A stretch of 64,000 bases of DNA from Candidatus Zhuqueibacterota bacterium (GCA_049322915.1 JBMOPW010000012.1:32001-96000); one strand, 5' to 3'. Counted from the stretch's first letter, positions 41,615 to 52,281 are shown. Numbers and translations: made by a program. Notes: generated by a model not told the origin, from the letters alone.

Positions 41615-41865
41615 CTGTCGTTTTCATCCGTTGGAATCGTTGATTGCGGCGTAATGGATGGGTTGAGAATGTATGGGCTTAACCACTCAGGTTGGCTGGT
41701 CCAGCGTTCAGGGTTCAAGGTTAGATTCATTTCATTATGAATATTTTATAAATGAATATTCGTTACTGTTCAGCTACAAAGCGCATCAAAGCCTTTTAAG
41801 GCATTTTTGAGTCGCCCCATAATTCACTGAAAATTATCCAACACCCCAAAGTTTTTATCGGTTGA

Positions 41866-43878
41866 ATGACTGTTATCTCTAAGAAAAGCATCTTCTCCGG
41901 CATCATGGTACTGTTGCCGTTTCTGTTTCTTTTCCTATTCGAAATCAGTCTCAGGGTTTTTCGCTACGGTGATGATTTAAACCTCGTCCTTGTCAGGGAG
42001 GCGAACGGCGAAAAATTTTACCAGCTCAACGAAAATGTCGCCAAACGATATTTCATCCGGACGCCGGCCCACCTCATTCCCCAGCTCTATCCGCAAAAAT
42101 TCGAGTATAACAAATCACCGCGCACCGTGCGAATTTTCTTGCTGGGCGGATCGACCATGGCAGGCTTCCCGTTCGAGCTCAATGCCCGAATCAACAGCCT
42201 GCTGCGCGATCGCTTGTTTCATTTTTACCCGGGCAAAGAATTCGAGGTGATCAATGTTGGATTGTCGGCGATCAACAGTTACACAGTGATGGAATTTGTC
42301 GATGAACTGGTGAAGTATGAACCGGACCTGTTCATTTTCTATCTGGGGCACAATGAATTTTACGGCGCGTTTGGCGCTGGCTCTGTGGAAAGGCTTGGCA
42401 AAATCCCGGCAATCACCCGCACCTATCTGAACCTGCGCAAGCTGAGGACATTTCACCTGCTCAGGAATATCTACGCAGCCATTTCAGCGTCAACCAGGAG
42501 CGCGCCGGACCAGCCCTCAAATCGGACATTGATGGCGTCCATGGCCGACAAAAAATCTATCGCTTTTGGCAGCAGCGATTACCGGCTGGCTCACGCCAAT
42601 TTTGAGAAAAACATGTCGCGCATCTTTGCCACCTGCCAATCGAATGACGTGCCCGTCCTGATGAGCACCATTACCAGCAATCTCCGCGGACAGCCGCCGT
42701 TCATTTCCCTGTTCAGCGATTCGCTCTCCGAGGCATCCAAAGCCCGCTGGAACACGTTTTTCAGATACGGAGGGACGTATAAAAAAGAAGGCCGATGGGT
42801 CCTGGCGCTTTCATCATTCGAAGACGCAAAAGCCATCGACGCCATGCCGGCGCAGCTTCATTTTGAAATGGGCGAATGCGTTCTCGGGTTGGGCGATAGT
42901 GCAACAGTCAGAGAGTATTTCGTCCGCGCGCGGGATCTGGATGGGCTCCGTTTTCGCGCCTCCTCGGATATCAATGCCATCATCAGAAAGCTATGCACGC
43001 AGCGCAAAATTCCTCTCGTGGACACGGATGCTGCTTTTGCCGGCCAATCGCCGCGCGGCATCATCGGCAATGAGCTGATTAGCGAGCATTTGCATCCCAA
43101 TTTCAACGGCTATTTTCTGATGGCAAAAACATTGGCTCAGGCGATTGATGAATTCAATTTCTTCGGGACGCAGGCTCAAAACCTGCATCTCACCGATGAT
43201 TTTTTTGCGGACTATTCGCGGGTCACGCTGATTGACAGGGCTATTGGGGACAAGAAGATCGAGCAACTCACCTCCGGATGGCCGTATTCAAAAAAGGTGA
43301 CAGCGACGATTCCAGCCGATCCGCAGACAGCAACGATGGTGGAACTGCTTGTGTCACAATACTCCAGTCAGCAGATTTCGTGGAATGAAGCCCATAACCG
43401 TCTGGCCGGATACTATGGGGATCGAGGCATGTTTCCGCAGGCTGTGAATGAATATCAGGCCGTTATCAAGGTTGTGCCGGAGAATTACTTCCCGTATTTC
43501 AAAATTGGCAATCTGTTTTTCATTCAGAATCAACACGACCTGGCGGAGCAATGGTTCAATCTTGCGTTCAAATTGAACAGTGGAGGAGCGTTCATCCCGG
43601 CGAAATTGGGCATGGTGTATCTGATGAAAAAAGATTATGCCAGCGCCGTCTCGAACTTTCAACAGGCGCTGTCACTGGACAAAAAGCAGAATCAGCTTTC
43701 CAACGATGAAAAAATTTTAGCCCATTATTATCTGGCTGTGAGTTACGTGAGCACGAAGCAACCGGCCCTGGCCAAAGCCGAACTGGAACAGGTGCTTCGC
43801 CTGGATCCCAGCCACGCCAATGCCCGGCAGTTATCCGGTTTGTTAGCCCAAAATAAAGAAATAAAAATCCAATTTTAA
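41866..43878 (+). CDS. SGNH/GDSL-like hydrolase with TPR repeats
   Basis: N-terminal TM, LGGSTMAG, YLGHNE, EHLHPN, C-terminal TPRs. Confidence 0.78.
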   Translation: MTVISKKSIFSGIMVLLPFLFLFLFEISLRVFRYGDDLNLVLVREANGEKFYQLNENVAKRYFIRTPAHLIPQLYPQKFEYNKSPRTVRIFLLGGSTMAGFPFELNARINSLLRDRLFHFYPGKEFEVINVGLSAINSYTVMEFVDELVKYEPDLFIFYLGHNEFYGAFGAGSVERLGKIPAITRTYLNLRKLRTFHLLRNIYAAISASTRSAPDQPSNRTLMASMADKKSIAFGSSDYRLAHANFEKNMSRIFATCQSNDVPVLMSTITSNLRGQPPFISLFSDSLSEASKARWNTFFRYGGTYKKEGRWVLALSSFEDAKAIDAMPAQLHFEMGECVLGLGDSATVREYFVRARDLDGLRFRASSDINAIIRKLCTQRKIPLVDTDAAFAGQSPRGIIGNELISEHLHPNFNGYFLMAKTLAQAIDEFNFFGTQAQNLHLTDDFFADYSRVTLIDRAIGDKKIEQLTSGWPYSKKVTATIPADPQTATMVELLVSQYSSQQISWNEAHNRLAGYYGDRGMFPQAVNEYQAVIKVVPENYFPYFKIGNLFFIQNQHDLAEQWFNLAFKLNSGGAFIPAKLGMVYLMKKDYASAVSNFQQALSLDKKQNQLSNDEKILAHYYLAVSYVSTKQPALAKAELEQVLRLDPSHANARQLSGLLAQNKEIKIQF

Positions 43879-44167
43879 AGCCCGGGTCTCAGTTCTCAAA
43901 TCGATTCTTTGAAAGAACATAACCTGAACACGCCATGACTAAAATGAGATAGAACGCTGATTACGCGGATGATCCTCCAAAAAGATCGGTAGACGTTCCG
44001 CGCTGATCTTCACGGATTCTTAATCAGTGTAAATGCACCGAAGGACGCATCTGCCTCTGGCATGATCTATGCGGATCGTCCGCCATTTTTTAAGTCGATC
44101 ATCATCGTCATCAGTTTTCTATAATATAATCTGCCAAAAAAAGTTTGAAAATTATTTGTCAGGTACT

Positions 44168-45115
44168 ATGGACATAAAAAAAATCTTTTTCCACTTCCGA
44201 AAATTGGCCTCTGTGCTCAGTCTCCTTCTCATCATGATCGTTCTGACCATTCTCTCGCCGCATTTTTTGACCACGGATAACTTTCTGTCCATTGGGCTGC
44301 AAATGGCGGTGATCGCCATTATGTCCATCGGCCAGGTGTGGATTATCATCGCCGGCGGCATCGATTTATCGGTCGGATCGATCATGGCCATTTCCGGCGT
44401 GGTGACCACGTTGCTCATCGCGGACGGCATCGACCTGTTTCTCGCATCGGCTGTGGGCATTCTGGTCGGTGCGCTGTGCGGTTTCATCAATGGATTTCTG
44501 ACCGCGGTTGGCAAGCTGCCGCCATTCATTTCCACGCTGGGCATGATGGGGATTGCCCGCGGATTGGCGCTCATCATCACAAAGGGTGTGCCGGTCTTCG
44601 GCCTGCCGCCGGAGTTCTCTCTGATCGGCAACGGCCGATTTGCCGGCCTCTTCCCCATTCCGGTGCTAATCACCCTCGTGCTCGCCGTCATCGGGCACAT
44701 TGTCTTGTCGAAAACACCGTTCGGCCGTTACACCTACGCCATCGGCAGCAATTTTGAGGCGGCGCGGCTGGCCGGCATACGAACCACGCCAATGGTCATT
44801 TATATTTATCTGCTGGCTGGATTTCTGTACGGATTGGGCGGCATCATTCTGGCGTCGCGGCTGAGTACGGGACAGCCCACTTCCGGCATGGGCTACGAAC
44901 TCGATGTCATTGCAGCCTGCGTCATCGGCGGCGCCAGCCTGAGCGGCGGCAGTGGCACAATCTGGGGCGCTATTCTGGGCGCTCTGCTCATTGGCGTTCT
45001 GCGCAATGGCTCCAATTTGCTCGACATCTCCGCGTTCTGGCAGCAGGTGGCCATTGGAACGATCATCGTCTTTGCCGTATTCATTGACCAGCATCAAAAA
45101 GCAAAAAAGTCCTGA
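44168..45115 (+). CDS. Ribose/monosaccharide ABC permease (RbsC-like)
   Basis: GGIDLSVGS, PPFISTLG, YELDVIAACVIGGASLSGG. Confidence 0.9.
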   Translation: MDIKKIFFHFRKLASVLSLLLIMIVLTILSPHFLTTDNFLSIGLQMAVIAIMSIGQVWIIIAGGIDLSVGSIMAISGVVTTLLIADGIDLFLASAVGILVGALCGFINGFLTAVGKLPPFISTLGMMGIARGLALIITKGVPVFGLPPEFSLIGNGRFAGLFPIPVLITLVLAVIGHIVLSKTPFGRYTYAIGSNFEAARLAGIRTTPMVIYIYLLAGFLYGLGGIILASRLSTGQPTSGMGYELDVIAACVIGGASLSGGSGTIWGAILGALLIGVLRNGSNLLDISAFWQQVAIGTIIVFAVFIDQHQKAKKS

Positions 45116-45268
45116 TGGCCTAGCTGGGAGCGCCTGATCCTTTGATGGCCAGGTTCGTTGATTTCGCTGAGTGAGGCGCTGGATCCGCGCTGCTCACTGA
45201 ATCTTTCAAATAATTAAACGGGATAAAAACTCAGTCAGGAAACTGACCTTTGTGAAGGAGGTATTTCT

Positions 45269-46219
45269 ATGAAACGTCGGCTGCTTGTAATTTCCATAAT
45301 TTTGGGAGCGCTGTTTTTCACCCACTGCTCCACCGATTCTCAAAAGGCGACCACCCGAAAAATTCTCGTCTCGCCCAAAGGCCTGGTGCATTCATTCTGG
45401 ACAACGGTGAAGGCGGGCGCAGATTCTGCGGGAAAAGAATTCGGCGCTGACGTGATCTGGAAGGGCCCCACTCAGGAGACCGACATCGCCAGCCAGATCG
45501 CCATTGTCGAAGATTATATCAACAAAGGGATCGACGCCATTGTCCTTGCCGCCTGCGACGCCCAGGGTCTGATCCCTGTCATTCAACAGGCAGCGGAGAA
45601 AAATATACCGATCATCACCATCGACTCCGGAGTCGATTCCGATATCCCGAAGAGCTTCATCGCCACGGACAATAGTGTCGCTGCTCAAAAGGGCGCACAG
45701 GCATTGGCCAGACTGATTGGCGAACAGGGCAAAGTTGCCTGTATTCCGTTTGTGCCTGGCGCTGCTACATCCAACTGGCGCGAACAGGGATTTGTCGAAG
45801 AGATCAAAAAATATCCGAACATTGAACTGCTTCCCATCCGTTACTCGCAGAGCGAAGTGGCCGTTGGCATGGCAGTGACGGAAGATATTTTAACCGGCCA
45901 CCCGGACATCAAGGGAATTTTCGCCGCCAATGAAGCCGGGACAATCGGCGTCGTTCAGGCGCTGAAGACAAAAAATAAATTGGGCCAGGTGAAGGTCGTT
46001 GGATTCGACGCTGCACCCAACGAAGTGGAAGCCCTGACCTCCGGCTCCCTGGATGCGCTCATTGTTCAGGATCCGTTCAAGATGGGGTACGAAGGCGTGA
46101 AAAGCGCTGTGGCTGTTCTGAACGGTCAGCACATTCCAGAGAGAATAGACACCGGCGTTTATGTAGTGACCCGGGATAATTTGAATCAGCCGGAAATAGT
46201 CCGGCTCCTTTCCAAATAA
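45269..46219 (+). CDS. Monosaccharide ABC substrate-binding protein (RbsB-like)
   Basis: FWTTVKAGA, IATDN, VVGFD, VQDPFKMGY. Confidence 0.88.
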   Translation: MKRRLLVISIILGALFFTHCSTDSQKATTRKILVSPKGLVHSFWTTVKAGADSAGKEFGADVIWKGPTQETDIASQIAIVEDYINKGIDAIVLAACDAQGLIPVIQQAAEKNIPIITIDSGVDSDIPKSFIATDNSVAAQKGAQALARLIGEQGKVACIPFVPGAATSNWREQGFVEEIKKYPNIELLPIRYSQSEVAVGMAVTEDILTGHPDIKGIFAANEAGTIGVVQALKTKNKLGQVKVVGFDAAPNEVEALTSGSLDALIVQDPFKMGYEGVKSAVAVLNGQHIPERIDTGVYVVTRDNLNQPEIVRLLSK

Positions 46220-46418
46220 GGTGATGCGTTTTGAGACGTCCGGCAAATCGTGTCGATTGCGGAGACACTTTAATCCGCTGGAATGAATCGGCAGCGGCTC
46301 GGTATGGGAAAACACGATCCTTGCGGCTTGAATCCGTCTCTTTCCCACGGGAAGACGGGCTCATGCATTCCTTTATTTGCAATGGACGTACGCTTTTCTG
46401 AGACCGGCCAAAAACAGC

Positions 46419-46447
46419 TTGACAATTGGTAATTTATATAGTATATT
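46419..46447 (+). promoter_or_regulatory. sigma70-type promoter
   Basis: TTGACA-N17-TATATT upstream of dksA. Confidence 0.65.
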
Positions 46448-46517
46448 TATGTCACTTTTCAGAACACCTGCGCTCAGAATCGGAGGGAACGCTTCGTAAT
46501 AACTACGAGAGTGGAAG

Positions 46518-46886
46518 ATGGATAAAAAAGATTTAGAGTATTTTAAACAACTCCTGTTGCAGAAGCGCGAAGAAATCCTCCATGAATTAGGTTATTACAA
46601 AGAGACAGCGAGCGATACGTCAAAGCAGATTTCCGGCACAGATACAACCTACGCAACGCACATGGCGGATCATGGCACGGACGAGAGGGAGAGGGAAAAA
46701 TCATTTTACTATGCTTCCCGGGAAAATAAGTACCTTCTCTACCTGAATGAAGCGCTGCAACGGATTGAAGATGGCACCTATGGCATTTGCATTTCCTGCC
46801 ATCAGGAAATCCCGAGAGAACGGTTAGAAGCAGTGCCGCACACTCAACTCTGTGTTCCATGTAAGCTTGCTGACAAAAAAGAATAA
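46518..46886 (+). CDS. dksA: TraR/DksA family zinc-finger regulator
   Basis: HMADHGTD coiled-coil tip; GTYGICISC...RLEAVPHTQLCVPC. Confidence 0.9.
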   Translation: MDKKDLEYFKQLLLQKREEILHELGYYKETASDTSKQISGTDTTYATHMADHGTDEREREKSFYYASRENKYLLYLNEALQRIEDGTYGICISCHQEIPRERLEAVPHTQLCVPCKLADKKE

Positions 46887-46995
46887 CCTGTCATCGAGTT
46901 CCCAATGTAATTCGCTGGCTCCAGCGAATGAAGGTTCCCAATCTTTGTCTTCATTCGTAAAATTGAGCATGACGGTTTGGCATAAAAAATTTAAT

Positions 46996-47034
46996 CCCCA
47001 ATCTCCCCTCATCATCGAGATTGGGGTTTTTTTT
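46996..47034 (+). terminator. Rho-independent terminator
   Basis: CCCCAATCTC / GAGATTGGGG followed by T8. Confidence 0.8.
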
Positions 47035-47296
47035 ACTGAACCAGAGCATTCCTGATGAGCTCGTTCGGATCCTGTTCGCGCTGGATATCCATCCAGCGCA
47101 GGTAATAGCTGGGACGTGTCGTATCCCCGAACAGGCGAATGGTTCTGGAAAAATATCCCGAACGATCAGGTGGCAGTCTTTGTGTTCCATAAATGACTGC
47201 ACCATGACGTTTTAATTAAAAAATTCTTTCCACTGGTAATTCCCCTATCTTCAAAATTTTCAATTTTATTAATAGTTACCACTGCGTTCACTGCAC

Positions 47297-47323
47297 TAAA
47301 GTCTCTATAAATCAAGTCGATAT
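47297..47323 (+). promoter_or_regulatory. Possible sigma28 (FliA-type) promoter
   Basis: TAAAGTCT-N11-GTCGATAT versus consensus TAAAGTTT-N11-GCCGATAA. Confidence 0.4.
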
Positions 47324-47375
47324 TTTAGGTAAGTTACAAAATTAAAATTCAATTCGACTTTGCATAGAGGAATTC

Positions 47376-48797
47376 ATGGACAATTTCAATTCGACGAAGG
47401 GCAACATCTTAATCATTGACGACGATACCGACATTTCGAACATTTTCAGAATAAATTTCGAACGTCAGGGGCATGTCGTCCATCTGCTCCAGCGACCGCG
47501 GGGATTTTTGGACATCATTCGCGACCGCGATGTGGACACGGTGCTGCTGGATATTATGATGCCGGAATCGAGCGGATTTGAAGTGCTGAAGCAGATCCGG
47601 CTGCAATTTCCTCATGTGCCGGTGATTATGATAACAGCCCTTCAGTCCATCGACCCGGCCGTGGCAGCGATGAAATTGGGCGCTTATGATTACATTTTAA
47701 AACCCGAGGGTATTTCAGATTTTGACCATCTGAATTTGATCATTCGAAATAGCATTGCCATTTGCCAGTCTGTGAAGGAATTGAATTCACTGCGAGAGAA
47801 CATCACGAAAAAGTACCGGTTCGAGAATATTATTGGCACAAGCGAGCACATGAAAAATATTTTCGAGCAGATCAAGAAAGTCGCTGATAGCAATATTAAC
47901 GTGCTCATTTACGGGGAGAGCGGCACAGGCAAAGAGCTCGTGGCCCGCGCCATTCATTACAACAGCGGCCGCAGAGAGGCCCCATTTGCGGATATGAACT
48001 GCGCAGCCGTGCCTGAAAATTTGATCGAAAGCGAACTGTTCGGGCACGAAAAAGGCGCATTCACAGGGGCGCATATTCGGAAGATCGGTAAATTCGAACA
48101 CGCCCATACCGGCACCCTGTTTCTGGATGAAATCGGCGACATGCCCCTGACCACCCAGGCCAAGATTCTGCGGGTCACTCAGGAATTGGCGTTTGAGCGA
48201 CTCGGCGGCCGCGAAAAAATTAAGGTCGACGTCAGGATCCTTTCGGCGACGAATAAAAATTTGCAGGACGAGGTGAAGGAAAAAAAATTCAGGGAAGACC
48301 TGTACTATCGGCTATCCGCCTTCCCCATTTATTTGCCGCCTCTCCGCGAACGAGTGGAAGATATTCCGGCGTTGGCGTCCCACTTCATCCTCAAATTCGC
48401 AAAAGAGATGAACAAGCAGATCGAGGAACCGACGGCTGAGACGCTGCTGGCGCTGAAAACCTACTACTGGCCGGGCAATATCCGCGAACTGGAAAATGTC
48501 ATTCAGCGCGCCGTGGTGCTGGCGGACCGATACGATAAAAAATTGAATCAGGAATACCTGCCATTGGAAATTCAAAAGACATTAATGGAAACCGATTTCT
48601 ATGAAAAGCACAATGGACTGTCTTCGCTCACCATTCGCTCGGATAAGATACTGTCGTTCGAAGAAATCGAAAAGCGGGTACTGACTGAGGCGTTGATGTT
48701 CACCAACGGCAATGTCTCACAGGCTGCCGAGGAGTTGAAGATTGGCCGTGCCACCATCTATCGGAAGATTGAGAAATATGGATTAAAACATAAATAG
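47376..48797 (+). CDS. NtrC/AtoC-family sigma54-dependent response regulator
   Basis: REC domain (IIDDD, LLDIMMP), [22 protein letters not shown], Fis-type HTH. Confidence 0.95.
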   Translation: MDNFNSTKGNILIIDDDTDISNIFRINFERQGHVVHLLQRPRGFLDIIRDRDVDTVLLDIMMPESSGFEVLKQIRLQFPHVPVIMITALQSIDPAVAAMKLGAYDYILKPEGISDFDHLNLIIRNSIAICQSVKELNSLRENITKKYRFENIIGTSEHMKNIFEQIKKVADSNINVLIYGESGTGKELVARAIHYNSGRREAPFADMNCAAVPENLIESELFGHEKGAFTGAHIRKIGKFEHAHTGTLFLDEIGDMPLTTQAKILRVTQELAFERLGGREKIKVDVRILSATNKNLQDEVKEKKFREDLYYRLSAFPIYLPPLRERVEDIPALASHFILKFAKEMNKQIEEPTAETLLALKTYYWPGNIRELENVIQRAVVLADRYDKKLNQEYLPLEIQKTLMETDFYEKHNGLSSLTIRSDKILSFEEIEKRVLTEALMFTNGNVSQAAEELKIGRATIYRKIEKYGLKHK

Positions 48798-48886
48798 TCA
48801 AAACTCATGCATTCAATTATTTGAACAGGAAAAATCGATGAAAAAACTGAGACTTACAAACAGACTTATTTACGGAGGAACCTGAT

Positions 48887-49069
48887 ATGAATCCATTGCC
48901 TATTTGTTGCTATTGTCAAAAACAAATCACAGGCAAAGCATTTATTCCTGTCAATAGCGCACAACCGTATCACTGGAAATGCTACATTAGCAAAATTAAA
49001 AAAAATGAAGAGTATGAAACTGAAATTGTCGAAGAGTACGAGGTAGAAAAAGTAGAAATGATCGAATAG
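48887..49069 (+). CDS. Small zinc-finger protein
   Basis: C-x2-C-x18-H-x2-C and an acidic tail; GGAGGA RBS; followed by a terminator. Confidence 0.6.
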   Translation: MNPLPICCYCQKQITGKAFIPVNSAQPYHWKCYISKIKKNEEYETEIVEEYEVEKVEMIE

Positions 49070-49089
49070 ATAACAGTTCATCGCACGGT

Positions 49090-49126
49090 AAAAACCTCTG
49101 GAATTTTCCAGAGGTTTTTCTTTTTT
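49090..49126 (+). terminator. Bidirectional terminator
   Basis: AAAAACCTCTGGAA-tt-TTCCAGAGGTTTTT plus a T tract. Confidence 0.8.
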
Positions 49127-49314
49127 GTAGCGGTTCAAATTTCACTTTGAAATCAGTGAATCGGCCGCACTCGATGGTTTTTGTTTTCAGGCCAGCAATG
49201 GTCGCCGAAAAGAAGAGCCACTCCAGCACCCTCCAGTTTACTCATAGGAAAGGCTGTTTCTGCAGGCCGAATTGGTCACCGCAGGCTCCTTATACCCGAC
49301 CGGTCTGTCAAAGC

Positions 49315-49382
49315 AAAAAAAAAAGCAGCCTTAAATCATAATGGGAAGAAAGGAGGTAAAACCCAAAAGAATTAAGGCTGCT
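49315..49382 (-). ncRNA. Candidate small RNA or terminator with an anti-Shine-Dalgarno loop
   Basis: Minus strand: AGCAGCCTTAA stem, loop UUUUACCUCCUUUCUU, U10 tail. Confidence 0.35.
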
Positions 49383-49616
49383 AAAATTCGACTCAATTTG
49401 TTCTATTCAATGTAACAATTGTTGTCTGAAAAACTTGCTCTTTTTTTACTATCAGAACAAGGTGTCAACTTCGTTTTAATTTTCGGGATATTGTACTTTG
49501 AAAAAAAAGAGAAGTTCCCAAATTTCCCGGCATTATAAATTTTTTTTTGGCCAGTTTAATTTATTGATTTTTTGTTAATTGATCAGGCCGATAAATTTTG
49601 ATTCAGTATTTTTTTC

Positions 49617-50951
49617 TCACTTGAATTTTTTCTCCGCCCGCTTTTTTATATCAAAATCCTCCATTAATTTTTCATAGGACCCGATCTTTGAATCATCGAG
49701 AATGATGGGAGTTAAAAATATCGCCAGTTCCGTCTTCTCATTCGATTTGATATCGCTTCGAAATAGATAGCCGAGGAGCGGAATTGAGCCCAGGATTGGG
49801 ACTTTGTTCCGCGTGGATGTTTCGGCATTGCGAATGAGTCCGCCGATAACGATGGTGGAGCCATTCTTCACCACGACACTGGTTTTCGCTTTACGCATGG
49901 CGATGATGGGCGTCCCATCCGGCGTGATGCCATTCTGATAGTCCGCATTCGGTTCCAGGTACACGGTGATCGTTTGGTCATTGTTGATATGGGGCTTGAC
50001 TAACAATTTGATTGTGGCGTTTTTGAATTCGTACGAAGTGATACCAAATTCATTCAGCACTTTGTACGGGATTTGATCGCCGACTTCGATGGTTGCTTCT
50101 TCATTGTCCAACGTGATCAGCCGGGGACGGGAGAGCAGATTCATTTCATAATTCGTCTTCAGCGCGTGAAGTACCACATCCACATGGGCATTCATGAGCC
50201 CAACGCCCAGACCATTCCCCAGCGACAATCCTTCACTGATCGAGTTTTCATTCGCATTTTGGTCTTCTCCACTGCCAGATTGCAGCCCAAAATCCGTCTT
50301 GACCGTCCCTGTGACATTGCCGCTTTTTGGGTCCTTCCAAAACCACTCCACACCGGTTTCCAGATTGTTGTTGAGTGAAATTTCAACGATGGCTGCCTGA
50401 ATATAGACCTGCGGTGTGGGCTGGTCCAGTTTCTCGAGCAACGCTTCGATGTCCCGAATGACCTCGGGGCTGTCCCGAACAATCAGTGTATTTGTACGTT
50501 CATCCGCAAACGCGGAGCCGACCCCCGGCGTGGTAATTTTGGTCAGAAGTTCGACCAGCTTCGTCGCTTCGGCATATTCGAGCCGAATGCTTTTTATGGA
50601 CGTCACTTTCATGATTGTGGCGATCTCGTCAACCAGATACACATTCGTCCCTTCCTGCTGCCGATAGCCCAATTTGTTCGTCTCCATAAACAGCGTCACT
50701 GCGTCATCGACGGTCACGTTGTCGAGATTGATATTGATTTTGTGATGCGCGATGCCGGCATTTGCCGGCATAAAATTCAAACCGGTCTTGGCGCTGAGCA
50801 CTTCCAGCGCCTTGTCCAACTGCGCTCCCCGAAGACTTATGGTCAGTTTCGGCTTCTCTTCAATCGATTCTTGCTGGGCGAATCCTGCCACGCTGAAAAT
50901 GTTTATGAATGCAAAACAAATGCACATCCGTGTTGCGCGTTTCAATTTCAT
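49617..50951 (-). CDS. pilQ: Type IV pilus / T2SS secretin
   Basis: DERTNTLIVRD, LDQPTPQVYIQAAIVE, LLSRPRLITLDNEEA, KVPILGSIPLLGYLFRS. Confidence 0.88.
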   Translation of the reverse strand: MKLKRATRMCICFAFINIFSVAGFAQQESIEEKPKLTISLRGAQLDKALEVLSAKTGLNFMPANAGIAHHKININLDNVTVDDAVTLFMETNKLGYRQQEGTNVYLVDEIATIMKVTSIKSIRLEYAEATKLVELLTKITTPGVGSAFADERTNTLIVRDSPEVIRDIEALLEKLDQPTPQVYIQAAIVEISLNNNLETGVEWFWKDPKSGNVTGTVKTDFGLQSGSGEDQNANENSISEGLSLGNGLGVGLMNAHVDVVLHALKTNYEMNLLSRPRLITLDNEEATIEVGDQIPYKVLNEFGITSYEFKNATIKLLVKPHINNDQTITVYLEPNADYQNGITPDGTPIIAMRKAKTSVVVKNGSTIVIGGLIRNAETSTRNKVPILGSIPLLGYLFRSDIKSNEKTELAIFLTPIILDDSKIGSYEKLMEDFDIKKRAEKKFK

Positions 50952-51157
50952 GCTGTTCGGTCCTTTTTATTCTGGTTATTTGAAATACCGGCAGATAAGT
51001 AGAAATGGGAGCGACATCGCGCTAATCCAGCAACCTCTTGGCGTCCCTCCCCCTGTTCAATGCAATCTGGCAATGACTCCCGAAAAGGATTAGCGCATGC
51101 GGGAATAGCGCATCAGCGAGCATTCCACCGGCGCATCGCTGCGGCTGTTTCCTTCTC

Positions 51158-51688
51158 TCACGGCTCCCAGAGAACCAGTTGCCTGCCGTTCCTGGAAAGC
51201 ACCACCCGGTCTTTTTTCACGTCGTCCACGCGATAGCCCAGGATTGAATCGCCCTTTCCAACGATTTCCCCGTTGATCAAAGCAGTCGGCGCGCGCTCGT
51301 CCCAGATGATTCCCTGCAACGTCAAGGCCGGCGCCTTCTCTTTTTTCACCTGACTCGAACTGCCGGATGGAGATGATCGGGGCGCATCATTTTCAGCTAT
51401 TTTGAACGGGTCCCGGTGCTCCAGCACATCCGCCATGGTGATTTTCAGCAGCGGTTCATAGTCCCGTAAATCGAGATGCTGCGTCGATTTTTTATGGTAC
51501 CGGGTCAGAATGATTCTCACAGTTTCGTCGCTCAAAATGCCATATTTATTCTTTTCGCCGGAAACGTCCTGTTTATTTTTGGACTTATGGGAAAATAAAA
51601 AGTCAGGCGAACCCAGGGCGATATACCACACCGCCGCCATGAGAAATGTCAGAACGCCCAATGTGATTTGCTTCTTTTTGTCGCTCAT
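51158..51688 (-). CDS. PilP/GspC-like assembly protein
   Basis: RDPF motif, LTLQGIIWDE..ALING..VGKGD; lies between pilO and the secretin. Confidence 0.7.
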   Translation of the reverse strand: MSDKKKQITLGVLTFLMAAVWYIALGSPDFLFSHKSKNKQDVSGEKNKYGILSDETVRIILTRYHKKSTQHLDLRDYEPLLKITMADVLEHRDPFKIAENDAPRSSPSGSSSQVKKEKAPALTLQGIIWDERAPTALINGEIVGKGDSILGYRVDDVKKDRVVLSRNGRQLVLWEP

Positions 51689-51698
51689 GGTCCGCGGT

Positions 51699-52277
51699 TC
51701 ATTTTTCCGAAATATAAATGAAAATAGCTAAATCCACGATCAGGTTGTTTTTCGTGTCATGGGGGTTGACAATTTTAAAACTATGCAACCGGGCCAGATA
51801 GCGAAACTCATCCAGCTCCAGCAAAAAATTGACAAGATTATAGAACTGGCCGTTCAATTTCAACTGAAGAAATTGCTTTGTTATATTGAGCAGTTTCTGG
51901 TCTCTGTCCTCCGGATTGGCGAACGAAAGAACGGTCAGGTCATTTTTTCTGGCAAGATTTTGTATCTCTGACCAGACGATTTTTTTTTCAATCGCCGGCA
52001 CCAGCCGACTTTCAATGCCCTCCATCCGATAGATCAGGTCTTCCCGCTGAAACGATAATTTCTGAATGAGCTCGTCGAGATCAATGGCGCGGGTGTCCAC
52101 ATACAGGTCTTCAATCGCCTTTTTCCGCTTTTTCAATTCGCGGGAGTTGTCGATCATCGGTTGCAGCACAGCGAAATTGTAAATGACGACCACGGCAATG
52201 TACGCCAAAATCCCGAACAGCAGGCGATTCAATTTTAATGAACGCTTCACCTGGCTATATTCAGATTTCCAACCCAT
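51699..52277 (-). CDS. pilO: PilO-like protein
   Basis: TM, coiled coil, LKLNGQFYNLVNFLLEL; synteny. Confidence 0.75.
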   Translation of the reverse strand: MGWKSEYSQVKRSLKLNRLLFGILAYIAVVVIYNFAVLQPMIDNSRELKKRKKAIEDLYVDTRAIDLDELIQKLSFQREDLIYRMEGIESRLVPAIEKKIVWSEIQNLARKNDLTVLSFANPEDRDQKLLNITKQFLQLKLNGQFYNLVNFLLELDEFRYLARLHSFKIVNPHDTKNNLIVDLAIFIYISEK

Positions 52278-52281
52278 CCTG

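Noticed and set aside
47051..47170. Hammerhead ribozyme (CTGATGAG)
   Set aside because: No stem II followed by GAAAC and no cleavage triplet in the required arrangement; the motif sits inside a long stem.
51019..51096. c-di-GMP riboswitch between pilP and pilQ
   Set aside because: Only a 10 bp inverted repeat (GCGCTAATCC/GGATTAGCGC) and a loose GGGACGC; the GGCAAAC/GAAA core is missing.
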